Shown piece after piece: positions 32,116 to 43,623 of a stretch of DNA of 64,000 bases. Position numbers and translations under genes: made by a program. The notes beneath the pieces were generated by a model that ran no database searches, was not told the DNA's origin, and was given only the letters and a program-made list of their open reading frames with translations. Origin of the DNA: an uncultured Bacteroidota bacterium (lineage in GTDB: Bacteria > Bacteroidota > Ignavibacteria > UBA10030); assembly GCA_963770945.1 (NCBI GenBank), contig CAVYRP010000004.1, positions 23,901-87,900 on the forward strand. The letters run 5' to 3'. The stretch's first letter is position 1. Every line of letters starts with the position of its first letter.

Positions 32116-33873
32116 TTATTCGATGGGTATATCAGGAAACTTTCGCTTCATTAGATTTATTAGATACGTTCTGATTTCATCTTCCGATTGCATCATCAGT
32201 ACACGCTCAGCGACATGTATCGCTTCCGTATAATGAATCGAGCGAATTATTTTCTTGATCTTCCGGTACCGTATTCGGCACTACGCTGAACTCATCCAGA
32301 CCGAGCCCGACCAATAGAATAGTCGCCAGCGGATCGCCCGCCATTTGTCCGCACATACCCACCCAGGTACGCTTTTGTTTTCCACGTTCGATAATACGCC
32401 GTAAAAAACGAATGACAGCGGGATGAAATTCTTGAAAAAGTTCAGAAACAATATCGTTGCCGCGATCTACTGCCAGCAAGTATTGAATTAAATCGTTTGT
32501 ACCGATACTTAGAAAATTTACTTCGCGTCCAAGATGATCTGCAGTAATCGCCGCCGCAGGCACTTCGATCATAACACCGAGTTTTATTTTATCGTCAAAC
32601 GCAATTTTTCGTGCACGTAAGTCATCTTTAGCCTGTGCAATCAGCTGCTTCGTGAGTTGCACTTCTTTCAAGTTGGTCACCATAGGAAGCAGGATGGCGA
32701 TATTTTTTCTGCTGCTGGCACGAAGAATAGCGCGCAACTGATCAAGAAATATCTGCGGTTTATCCAGCATAACACGAACGCCGCGCCAGCCGAGGAATGG
32801 ATTATTCTCCTTCACTGTCTGGGCCATAAACTTATCGCCGCCGATATCGAATGTGCGGATAATGGCTTCTTTTGGATATACAGATTCCGCGATGCGGTGA
32901 TACACTTCGTATTGTTCTTCTTCAGTCGGGAACACCTCTTCACCGAGAAGCAGGCTTTCTGTACGATAGAGTCCGATTCCGTCGGCACCCTGCAGTTTGA
33001 TGAATTCGAGTTCTTCTTCCAATTCAACATTGGCGGCAAGTTTAATACAATGCCCATCGAGTGTTTCTGCAGGAAGTTCACGAAGAGGCGCAAGCGTTTC
33101 TTCAAATGTCTGGTATTGCTCTTTTTTCTTCTCGTAGTGCTTTAATATTTCCGGACCTGGATGGATAACGATTGCTGCCGTCATATCCATCAACAATAAT
33201 CGGATCGTCTGTATGAGACAGTAATGAAACTTGATGAACACCGACAACAGCAGGAATTTTCAATGCACGCGCAAGCAGCGCCATGTGCGAAGTTGCACCG
33301 CCAATTTCCGTTACATACGCCATGACCTCATTACGGCTGAAGATAAGCGCATCAGCTGCAGCAAGATTGTGCGTCACTATGATATGAGCGCCTTCGATTT
33401 TTGAAACAAGTTTTTGTTCTTCAAGATTCCGCAGAATACGATTTTCTACATCGAGCAAGATCGTCGGCACGTTCGCGGGTATATTGATCATTTGACGCCG
33501 TCATCAAACGATGATATTTTTCCATCTCGTCTTGAACGAAGAATTCGACATTCTTACGTTCTTCTTTGAGTCTCTTATAAATAACTTCAAACAGGACTGT
33601 ATCTTCAAGAAGGAGAAGCTGGGCTTCAAATATCTTGGACTGGTCTGTTCCTAACTTCTGTTCTGCAAAATCAATAACTTTTGTGAGTTCTTTCTTAGAC
33701 CGTGCGAGAGCATTTTGCAATCGGTCAATTTCCTTCTCAACCTCGCCGGATTCGATATCACGGATTCGAATTGTCGGTTCATGTTTCCGAAAATGGAATA
33801 CCGGGCCGATGGCAATACCCGGAGACGCCGGAATGCCCTTCAGCTTTATTTCTTGTGCGGATGTCTTGCTCAT
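32116..33873 (-). CDS. ptsI: PEP-protein phosphotransferase, PTS enzyme I (several frameshifts)
   Basis: ASPGIAIG, GGATSHMA (phospho-His), GIGLYRTE, RTFDIGGDK, NPFLGWRG, SIGTNDL; stop found manually at 32116. Confidence 0.93.
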
Positions 33874-33914
33874 TGATGCAATATTTCGGAATTAATAAAA
33901 TCGTCTCTTAGGAG

Positions 33915-34184
33915 CTATATTGGCTCACCAAACCCGCTGTCAAACAACTCGGCCATAGCCCGGTATGCTTCTTCTTCATCAGGTCCGTCAAAACGCACTA
34001 AAAGTTTGGAACCTTGTTCCGCGGCCAGTGTCATCACGCCGATGATACTTTTACCGTTGATCTGAAAACCGTCCTTTTCGATAAAAAACTCCGATTGAAA
34101 TTTCGCTGCAAGTTTGACAATCGACGCAGCAGGCCGGGTATGTAAACCGGCTCTATTCCTAATCGTTACTTCTCGTTCAATCAT
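33915..34184 (-). CDS. ptsH: Phosphocarrier protein HPr
   Basis: GLHTRPA (His15) and GKSIIGVM (Ser46). Confidence 0.96.
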   Translation of the reverse strand: MIEREVTIRNRAGLHTRPAASIVKLAAKFQSEFFIEKDGFQINGKSIIGVMTLAAEQGSKLLVRFDGPDEEEAYRAMAELFDSGFGEPI

Positions 34185-34199
34185 TCACAGCACATGCTT

Positions 34200-35189
34200 T
34201 TAATAAGTTCTATTTAATAATTTTTCCGTCATCCAGCGAAGTGTCTCGCGCGCCGTGGAAGCCGGTAAAATAACAAGTTGATTTTTTGCCTCCGTTATAT
34301 CGACCTCAATTCTTTTCTTTGCAGAATCGATTGCGCCGGTTTCTTCATAGATTCTTCGAAATAACGGCACCTGTTTACGCGGCACACCGCCGTCGGTGAA
34401 CACATGCTGGAGTATTTTTTTTTCTTTTCCTTTTGCACGGCGCATTGCTTCGAGAAGAAGGAATGTCTTCTTTCCTTCAACCAGGTCGCCGCCGATGGCT
34501 TTACCGAATTCCTTCTCATCGGCAACAATATCCAGCAAGTCGTCCTGAAGCTGAAATGCGCGTCCGACATATTCGCCGAACTGCCGTAATGCTTCCAATT
34601 CTGCCGAATTCGCTTTTCCAATAAGAGCGCCAATCTGCGTTGCAGCAGAAACAAGTTTTCCTGTTTTCTTTTCTATCATCAGCAGATATTCATTCACATG
34701 GACACGATGACGTGTCTCAAATTCCTTGTCCAGCGACTGTCCTTCACACACCGTTATAACGCTTTCGGTAAACAATTTACTAATTTCCTGAATATACGCG
34801 GATTTTGTCCTGAGCAAAGCACGATAGGCAAGGCCGAGCAGAACGTCCCCGGAGAGTATAGCAATATTTTCATCCCATTTTTTATGGACTGTCAGGCGGC
34901 CGCGTCGTGTTTGTGCATGATCCATGATATCATCATGAACGAGTGTAAAATTATGCAGGATTTCAATTCCTGCCCCTGCATGCATTGCGTCAGCTGCAAC
35001 ACCGCCGACAGCTTCGCATGCAAGCAAAGTTAGTACCGGCCGTATTCGTTTTCCACCGGCGGCGAGAACATATTTTGCGGGAGTATATAGTGTCTGCGGT
35101 TTGTGTTCGTTTATATAACCACGAAGATAACGCTCTACAGCAGTTTTATGCCGCTTGTATCTTTGTTCTGGATTCATATTTTTTCTCAC
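34200..35189 (-). CDS. Polyprenyl diphosphate synthase (GGPP/FPP synthase)
   Basis: GGKRIRP, HDDIMD...RRG, GQSLD, KKTG, FQLQDDLLD. Confidence 0.93.
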   Translation of the reverse strand: MRKNMNPEQRYKRHKTAVERYLRGYINEHKPQTLYTPAKYVLAAGGKRIRPVLTLLACEAVGGVAADAMHAGAGIEILHNFTLVHDDIMDHAQTRRGRLTVHKKWDENIAILSGDVLLGLAYRALLRTKSAYIQEISKLFTESVITVCEGQSLDKEFETRHRVHVNEYLLMIEKKTGKLVSAATQIGALIGKANSAELEALRQFGEYVGRAFQLQDDLLDIVADEKEFGKAIGGDLVEGKKTFLLLEAMRRAKGKEKKILQHVFTDGGVPRKQVPLFRRIYEETGAIDSAKKRIEVDITEAKNQLVILPASTARETLRWMTEKLLNRTY

Positions 35190-36255
35190 ACTCTCGGGAT
35201 CAACTGCTGCTTCTGCAGCGCTTCGATAGACTGCGAGCCGGTTAAAAACATCACGCCTTTTAATTCACGTTCCCATTGATCGATAAGCCCGAAGAACCAT
35301 GTTGACTCCGCCGTCTGCGAGCGCCCTTAAAACCGTCCGTGCAACAGCAACATAATCGGCGCCAGAAGCAAAAGACTTCGCAATGTCGACTCCATTAGAA
35401 ATGCCGCCGGATGATATTACTTTCAAATAAGATGATTCCCTCTTTATTTTACACACACCCCTCAATGCATCTATAGTAGGTATTCCCCAATCCCAGAACT
35501 CTTGCGAGTTCAACTTCAATTGATCTATATTTTTTTTTCCATTTTTATTCTTACCTCTCAGAATCTCTATGCCGGCCCAACTCGTTCCTCCTGCTCCTGC
35601 AATATCAATGATTGTTACTCCGCAATCGACAAGCCGCCTGTGCAACATCCGAGGAGATGCCTGCGCCGATTTCTTTTACTATCAGCGGAACAGGAATCGA
35701 TTTTACCAGCATTTCAATTCCGGCAAGCACGCCATGAAAATTCGTGTTACCCTCCTGCTGAAGCAATTCCTGCAAAGGATTGAGATGGACAGCAAATCCA
35801 TCTGCATGAATCAATTCTATCAAACGAAGTATCGGCGATGCATCTCTTAACTTTGCCACTTCTGCCGCTCCTATATTCCCGAATACCGGGATATCGCCTG
35901 CCACTTCGCGCACCACCGAAAATGATCGATGATAATTTGTATCTTCCAGGGCCTGACGCTGACTGCCGACACCCATGGCAATTTTTTTAATCGCACATAC
36001 TTCCGCAAGCTGCCTGTTGATTTTAACTGCATTCGCATATCCGCCCGTCATACTCGAGATTATAAACGGAAACGAAATTTTTTTGCCCAGGAACGATGTT
36101 GACGGATCAACATCGGAGAGGTTCAATTCAGGCAGGGCATTGTGTAAAAATTCCCAGCGTTCAAAACCTGCTGTCTTCGTGCAAAAAGAGACATCCTTGG
36201 TCAAACTAATATCTATATGCTGTTGTTTGCGTGACGATGTCTTTCCGGTCTTCAT
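35186..36255 (-). CDS. fni: Type 2 isopentenyl-diphosphate isomerase (frameshifts)
   Basis: RKQQHI, SSMTGG, GVGSQR, HLNPLQE, KEIGAG, AGAGGTSW, WGIPT. Confidence 0.93.
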
Positions 36256-36398
36256 ATTTAGTTTTCTCAATAGAATAATAAAGAAATCGGTTTCGAGAAG
36301 CAAGGTAGGCTTCGGAAGACGTTTCTTGATTTTCCTTCAATTTTTCTGTATCTAACTTAACAAAATGATTCCGTGACATAAAGACAACAAAATCCTGA

Positions 36399-37143
36399 AT
36401 GCGGCAAAAGACAGCAGCACAGACATAAAACGTATTTCTTTTCCGACGCCCATCTCGGCATCGGCTCTCCTGAAGAAGATCACCAGAGAGAATTGCGTCT
36501 AATTCGTTTTTTGGATTTTATTCAACATGATGCCGAACAGATATTCATCGTCGGTGATTTATTCGACTACTGGTTCGAATACAAAACGGTTGTCCCAAAA
36601 AAATATTTCCGTCTTTTAGCAAAATTTGCCGAGGTAATCGAACGGGGTGTTCGCGTATACTTCATAGCAGGCAATCACGATTTTTGGGTGAAAGACTACT
36701 TCCGCACTGAACTTGGCATGGAATTGCACCTCAATCCGATTGAAACGGAAATCTGCGGGAAACGGTTCTTTATCCATCACGGCGACGGATTACTTAAAGG
36801 AGATATCGGCTACAAAATCCTCAAAAGGATTCTTCGTAATAAAGTGAATATATTTCTATTTTCACTTATCCATCCGGACTTAACCGGATGGTTTGCACGA
36901 TGGTCGTCGCACACCAGCCGGCGTTACACAAGCAGCAAGACATACGAAAGCAGCGGCATGACGGATTTTGCAGCGCAAAAGATTCAGGATGGATTTGATT
37001 TCGTCATAATGGGACACAACCATATCTCATCGTTTCAAAAAATTGGAACCGGAGTGTATATCAATCTTGGTGAATGGATTTTAGAAAACACATACGCTGT
37101 GTTCGACGGGAAAAAGATAAAACTCGTAAAGTATCCGGATTGA
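36399..37143 (+). CDS. lpxH: UDP-2,3-diacylglucosamine hydrolase (5' frameshift)
   Basis: SDAHLG (manual, upstream of the ORF), GDLFDYW, GNHD, HGD, GHNH. Confidence 0.85.
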
Positions 37144-37172
37144 TTGAATTATACAATATAGAGTGAGAACAA

Positions 37173-39488
37173 ATGGCAGATCGAAAGTTTAGTTCGGAAG
37201 AGATGGAACGTTATTTCAATGATCCGGAATACCGGCATACACACATGAAACTTAGCAAAAAGTACTTCAATATTAAACATTTGATAATTTACTGCGCTGT
37301 CTTCGTTTTTATCATGCTGGCTACATGGTACTCCGTATATATTATTCAAGGGCTTCCTACGCTTGAACAGCTGGAAAATCCGAAACCGGAGCTTGCAACA
37401 AAAATCTATTCTATCGACGATGAAGTACTGGATCAATTCGCGTATAAAAACCGAACGCGTATTTCACTGAACGAACTTCCTCCGGGTTTGATCAAAGGAT
37501 TAATTGCAACAGAAGACAAGGATTTTTATAACCATTGGGGCGTCAATTTATCCCGGTTCATCCGGCAAATGATAGTCAATGTCGTTACCTTCCGCCAGGC
37601 AGGGGCAAGTACAATCACTCAACAGCTCGCGCGAAATCTATATAAACTGCAAAGCAAACGTGAATCAATGTTCGACAAGATTACTAGAAAGATTCGTGAA
37701 TTTTTTACATCCGTACAAATCGAACGTAATTTTACAAAAAATGAAATTCTTGAGCTGTACATAAATGTTGCGTATTTTGGGAAAAACGCCTATGGTATCG
37801 AATCTGCTGCGCAGACATATTTCGGCAAACCCGCTATCGAGTTAACACCAGCCGAGTACACTTTATTCATCGGCATGCTCAAAGGGCCTAATTACTACGA
37901 TCCTATTCAACACAAAGACCGTGCCCTCGCTCGCCGCGATGTAGTGATTAATCAAATGGTGAAAGAAGGATTATTCACAGAGGAAATAGCCAATCAAATT
38001 CGAGCCGATTCACTTGAGCTTAAATCTACCGAATCGGAGTTTCGTTCCGGTATTGCACCTCACTTTGTCGAATGGATACGCCGGCAGCTTCTGAAAAAAG
38101 CTGAAGCGCATGGTTACGATATCTATCGGGATGGATTGCGTATTTACACAACGCTTGACAGCCGAATGCAGCGACATGCGATTTCAGCAATCGAAGATCA
38201 TCTGAAGGATTTCCAGACTGCATTCGACTCAACATGGAACTGGAAAGAGCACAACGATATCTTGATTGATGTTGTAAACAGAGCAATTCGAGACGATGAA
38301 TCGTATCGTAAATCGCGCAATGCGGCAATGCGGGATAGTATTCGTACATATCTGCTTGGCAATCGCACATTCATCGATTCAGTAAAAAAGGCAGCGCAGA
38401 CAATTGAAGTAGGCTTTGTTGTTATCGATCCGCATTCAGGACAGATCAAAGCAATGATCGGCGGTCGAAATTATCGCACTTTTAAATATGGATTGAATCA
38501 TGTAACACAGATTCATCGTCAGCCCGGTTCGGCTTTTAAACCGTTCGTTTATACCGTAGCACTTGATAACGGATATCCGGTATGCTACGAAATGTTGAAT
38601 CAACCGGTCACAATCCCTATGCCCGACGGCACTCGATGGACACCGGAAAATTTTGACAAGGATATCGGCGGTAAATACACTTTACGCGAAGGATTAAAAT
38701 TTTCAATAAATCTTGTTGCTGTACGTGTTATTCTTGAAATCGCTCCTGCCAAACAGGTCTCCGAGTACGCGCACAGGATGGGTATCACCTCGCGCGTGCC
38801 GGCATATGAATCTCTTGCTCTCGGTTCCGTGGAAGTATCACCATTAGAATTGACATCGGCATATTGGCGTTTTTCCTAACGATGGAGTGCTTGCTTCGCC
38901 TTTTGCTATTCTGCGTATCGAAGATAAAGATGGAAATATAATTGAAGACTTCTCGCCGAATAATAAAGAAGCATTGAGTAAAGAGACCGCTTATCTTATG
39001 ACTGATTTGCTTAAAGGCGGAGTCAACGGGGGAACGGGCAAGCAAGTACGTAGTCCTTCTACAGCGGACCCTGTGCAGGCAAAACCGGAACAACCAACGA
39101 TTTTGCTGATGCATGGTTCGTCGGTTTTACCCCGCAGCTGGTAGCTGGAACATGGGTCGGATTTGATGAACCTCGCATGCGATTAGGAAGTTACAACGGT
39201 CAGGGAGGCCGCGCAGCCGCGCCAATCTTCGGCCGGTTTATGCAGAAGACGTACGATGATCCGGATATCGGCCTGCCGCTCGAATATTTCAACCGACCGG
39301 AAGGGATTATTACTGATACGATCTGCGTCGATACGAAAAAGAAGGCGCGTGAATGGTGCCCGAATAAAACAACGGAAATTTTTAATGCTAAATATCCGCT
39401 CGGATTATGCGATAAGCACACTTCTGCTGATTGGAGCCGCGATCAGGAAGGCGAAGATACAAGGAAAAACAGTAAAATCACCTGGTGA
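37173..39488 (+). CDS. Class A penicillin-binding protein PBP1A (frameshifts at about 38870 and 39050)
   Basis: TED, GASTITQQLA, RKIRE transglycosylase motifs; GSAFKP, SIN, KTG transpeptidase motifs. Confidence 0.92.
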
Positions 39489-39534
39489 AATTAGACGCAC
39501 TGCTGTCTTTAAGCATAGAAAACACAAAATACAG

Positions 39535-40632
39535 TTACTTCGCTTTAAGCACTTTTCTCACGGCTGATCGAATCAGATTCGGTTCTACATCATCCACAAC
39601 TTTCACTTCACCAATCTTCACCGGCAAAACGAAGCGAAGTTTTTTTGCAACACGCTTCTTATCCCGCCCTATAGCATTCATGATGTCCGTCATTTTCAAT
39701 AATGAGAGTTCTATTTTCATCGGCACCCGACGAACGAGAGAGACGAGCCGTTCATAAGAATCCACATCCAACAAATTCATTTCTTTTGCAATAAAAGCCT
39801 CACCAATCATTCCAAGAAGTACAGCTTCACCGTGCTTTAGTAATTTGTAACGGCCGGCGGATTCCAACCCATGACCAATCGTATGCCCATAGTTGAGAAT
39901 GGTGCGAATACCGGATTCCTTTTCATCCTGCGAGACAATTTCAGCCTTAATTGCCGCGCATGCCGCCTGTACATTCATCAATGCTTCAACGTCAACCTGC
40001 AATATTCCCTCAAGATGCGATTCAAGATAAGCAAACAATTCCGCATCGCGTATAACGCCGTATTTAATTACTTCGCCCAAACCGCATGTCATTTCGCGCT
40101 TCGGCAGCGTCTTCAGATATTCGGCATCCATCCACACAAATACAGGCTGGTGGAATGCGCCGATCATATTCTTTCCCAGGGAATGGTTAACACCGACCTT
40201 TCCTCCGATAGAACTATCTACTTGAGCAAGTAATGTTGTCGGGATCTGTATCAGCTTTATACCGCGTTGATAAGTTGCCGCTACAAATCCTGCAAGGTCG
40301 CCAACTACACCGCCGCCCAAAGCAATGACAGCCGCATTGCGCGGAATTCTTTTTTTCAACATTGACGAATAAAGCATATTAGCACAAGCAAGGCTTTTTT
40401 GCGTCTCACCCGCCGGGATTGTGATTGTCAAAGGCAGGAATTTATGGTGAAGTAAATTCCGCATCAACGGCTGGAGATGAAGTCGCGCAACATTACGATC
40501 CGTAACAATCACGACTGTATCTGAAATTCCATACTGGCGGCATACAGGAGCAAATGACGATGCCATTTTACGACCTGTAATAAGCGGGTATGAACGGTCG
40601 CCCAGTTCAACATCTATTTGCCGTTGAGCCAT
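39535..40632 (-). CDS. aroB: 3-dehydroquinate synthase
   Basis: GGGVVGDLAGF, PTTLLAQVDSSIGGK, LNYGHTIGH. Confidence 0.97.
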   Translation of the reverse strand: MAQRQIDVELGDRSYPLITGRKMASSFAPVCRQYGISDTVVIVTDRNVARLHLQPLMRNLLHHKFLPLTITIPAGETQKSLACANMLYSSMLKKRIPRNAAVIALGGGVVGDLAGFVAATYQRGIKLIQIPTTLLAQVDSSIGGKVGVNHSLGKNMIGAFHQPVFVWMDAEYLKTLPKREMTCGLGEVIKYGVIRDAELFAYLESHLEGILQVDVEALMNVQAACAAIKAEIVSQDEKESGIRTILNYGHTIGHGLESAGRYKLLKHGEAVLLGMIGEAFIAKEMNLLDVDSYERLVSLVRRVPMKIELSLLKMTDIMNAIGRDKKRVAKKLRFVLPVKIGEVKVVDDVEPNLIRSAVRKVLKAK

Positions 40633-40636
40633 AGGT

Positions 40637-41206
40637 TTACTCCTCAACAATCATGCCGCGAACATTTTTTATTATCTCATCCACGGTTACGCCAATGCGC
40701 ATGTTGTCGGTTTGAATAATTACATCGGCACGTGAATAGAACGGTTCTCGGGATAGGAGAAGTTCTACTATTCGTTTTTCCAATTCCTTCCCATGTAAAG
40801 GATTGCCCGATGCATCTTTTAGCATTGGGCGGTCATTTTTGTATTGTACGCGTTGAATTATTTCTTCCGGAGTAAGTTTAAGATAGACGAGGATCCCATG
40901 CTGAGATACTATCTGACAATTCTCTTCATTGGCGATCGTGCCGCCTCCAAGTGAAATCACGGAATGATCTAGCTTTGCAAGCTCCTGCAGCGTGTTTCGT
41001 TCAATAATACGGAAAGCTTTTTCGCCTTCCGTACGAAAAATTTCTACAATTTCTTTTTTTGTTTTCTTTTCAATTAAACGATCGACATCTATATACTCGT
41101 ATCCGAGCGCATTGGCAAGAATAGGACCGACCGTACTCTTCCCGCTTCCCATAAATCCGGTAAGAAAAATTAACGATTTTCTGCTTTCGCGAAGGGTCTC
41201 TTTCAT
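40637..41206 (-). CDS. aroK: Shikimate kinase
   Basis: GFMGSGKST, GEKAFR, LGGG, RPML. Confidence 0.95.
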   Translation of the reverse strand: MKETLRESRKSLIFLTGFMGSGKSTVGPILANALGYEYIDVDRLIEKKTKKEIVEIFRTEGEKAFRIIERNTLQELAKLDHSVISLGGGTIANEENCQIVSQHGILVYLKLTPEEIIQRVQYKNDRPMLKDASGNPLHGKELEKRIVELLLSREPFYSRADVIIQTDNMRIGVTVDEIIKNVRGMIVEE

Positions 41207-41215
41207 TGTCCGTGT

Positions 41216-41251
41216 AAAAAAAAGGCGTCCCGACAAATCGAGACGCCCTTC
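41216..41251 (-). terminator. Terminator after ppiD
   Basis: GGCGTCTCGA...TCGGGACGCC hairpin followed by T8 on the minus strand. Confidence 0.7.
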
Positions 41252-41267
41252 TTAAAGAATTTGAATC

Positions 41268-43379
41268 TCAACGGAAGAATTTACCTCGATTATCAACAAT
41301 ATCTGCTTTCTCACGGAGTGCCGTTTGCCAATCCGATAGTATCCGGCTGCGCTTCTCTTGCAAAAGCTGTGCGCTCAGCGATTCCCGTTCTGAGTTGTAC
41401 TTTAAAGAATCAAATGGCGAGCTTGATAAAAGCTGGATAATGTAATAACCGCGATTACCTTCAAACGGTTTGGATATTTCTCCCTGCTTTAGAGAAAGAG
41501 CATTACCGATGAACTTCATATCTCTTCCTACGCTAAGAGGGCCGTCTGTTGGTTTGAACATTCCGGAATTCTGAGCAATTATATTCGGATTGGATTGCGC
41601 CGCCGAAATAATATCGCTTGAAGATGTCAATGTTTTATAAAACGCATCAACCTGCTCGCGGACCTTTTCCATTTTTTTCTGCTTCATCGCCATGGATTTC
41701 ACAGCGACTTTAACTTCTTCAAGCGGGCGAACGCCTTCTTCTCGAACGTTTGATACTTTTATCACAATAATTCCATCTCTAGCATAGATCGGTTCGCTAA
41801 TCGCTCCTAATTTGTCGTTGAATGCAAAATTCGTCACGATATCGTTCTGGCCTATTCCGGGGATCGAACCTGTTTTTTGAAACTCGGGAGTTTCAATAAC
41901 CTGATATTTGCTGTTTTCAGCAGCTTTTTCGAATCCTTCGTCCTTTGCTAAATACGCAAAGTCTTGGGCATTCTGAAATGCGGTTTCGATTGTTTCTCCG
42001 CTCGCTTTTACTTTCAATCCAAGGTCTGCAATCTTTATTTCGCGTCTGTCTCTCCCGGTGACTTTAATAATGTGCCAGCCGAATTGCGTTCGTACCGGCC
42101 CGACAACGCGGCCAACTTGTGTTTTAAATGCAGCGTCCGCAAATGGTTTTACATATCGATCTTTCGATGCCCATCCAAGATCGCCGCCTTGAACCGCTGT
42201 TCCATAGTCCTGGCTGTTTTCGCGGGCTAGTTTTGCAAAGTCGCTGCCGGAGTTTGCTTGCGCAAGAAGTGTTCGTGCCTTCTGAATGACTTTCACGCTG
42301 TCGGGCCCGGGTACGAAATTCAAAAGGATATGGCTGCATTTAACGCTTTCTGTTTGTCCCTGCCGCTGATCGAGAATCTTAATGAGATGTATTCCGTCGT
42401 TGTCTTTTATGGGTCCGACTATATCGCCTTTCTTTGCAGAAAAAATCGCATTTTCTTTCAGCCTGCTTAACTCACCATGTTTAAAATATGCATCGGTAAC
42501 CGGTATTTCGGAATATGTCTTTGCAAGTTCTGAAAATTCCACAGCACCGGACTTCGCCTGATCCAAATAACTTTTTAGATCCTGTTCGATCGTTGCTGAG
42601 TCTATCTGCCGAAGCGCTTTGACTAAAAAACACGTACTTAATTTTTCTTGCTGCTTTTGCCTGGAAATCAGCGGGATGAGTTTCATATTGTTTCTTCAAG
42701 TCGTCATCCGTTATTGTCACAGCCGAATCCGGCACCAATTGATTGATGTCGAACAAAACATAATTCACATTCATCGTCAAATTATTATCAATAAAGCGCT
42801 GCTTCACTTCGCCTTCGCCGACAACAGCAGTTGCCAGAAGCAAACTTTGCAGCTTCCGGCGTTTCTGTTCCTGACGGATTCCTTCTTCGACCTGAATCCA
42901 TGCTTGTTTATTTTGCGGATCCATCATTGCACTTTGGTATGCATCCCGCCGGAAGGTTCCGGTGGAATCTTTAAATTGCTGTACTAAATACTCGGGCGGG
43001 TTCGGCCCCATTACAATATCCCGAATTTCCTGATCTGAGACCGTTATACCAAGGCGGTTAATTTCCTGATCGATCAATAGTTCGTCGACCATTTGATTCC
43101 ATACCTGCGAACGAATTTGCCGTTCGGTTTCAGAATCTATGTCAGCATTTTGCTGTTTCTTCTGATTTTCAACAGTGCGCCGCATTAGTTCAGCTGAACA
43201 TTTTATAGCTTATTTCTTTACCATTCACAGAACCTAGAGCTTCTTGTTCACGGCCACGTCCCTTTTCGTCCGGAGATATCGAACCCCCAATCGAAAATAA
43301 TTAAGAAGATAAATAGAACTGCCGCACCGGCAATAATAAATTTTGGAGATTTTTCACGAATATCGCTTAATACAGCCAT
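41268..43379 (-). CDS. PpiD/SurA-like parvulin peptidyl-prolyl isomerase (several frameshifts)
   Basis: N-terminal MAVLSDIR...FLIIFDWG anchor, SurA-N-like helical region, CSHIL, GGDLGW, TQFGWHII. Confidence 0.88.
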
Positions 43380-43442
43380 GACAAAGCACGCTCCTATTCA
43401 CTGATAAAAAACAAAAGACCTATAGTTTAATACTGTTTAATA

Positions 43443-43511
43443 AATATAGCCGACAATCACCTGATATGCAATGAATTTCTTGTTGACTTTGTTAGCATAT
43501 CAGGTTATATT
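43443..43511. promoter_or_regulatory. Divergent promoters of ppiD (-) and secDF (+)
   Basis: Minus strand TTGCAT-17-TATATT (43471-43443); plus strand TTGACT-17-TATATT (43483-43511). Confidence 0.7.
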
Positions 43512-43623
43512 TTTTATCGAAAAATAATCACGAACGCAGTATTCTTTCAGAAGCGCGATGGTTGTGATATCGCGCTTTGCTTTCTTTAACAATCACCAAT
43601 TGTAATAAGCGTGGAGACAATTT

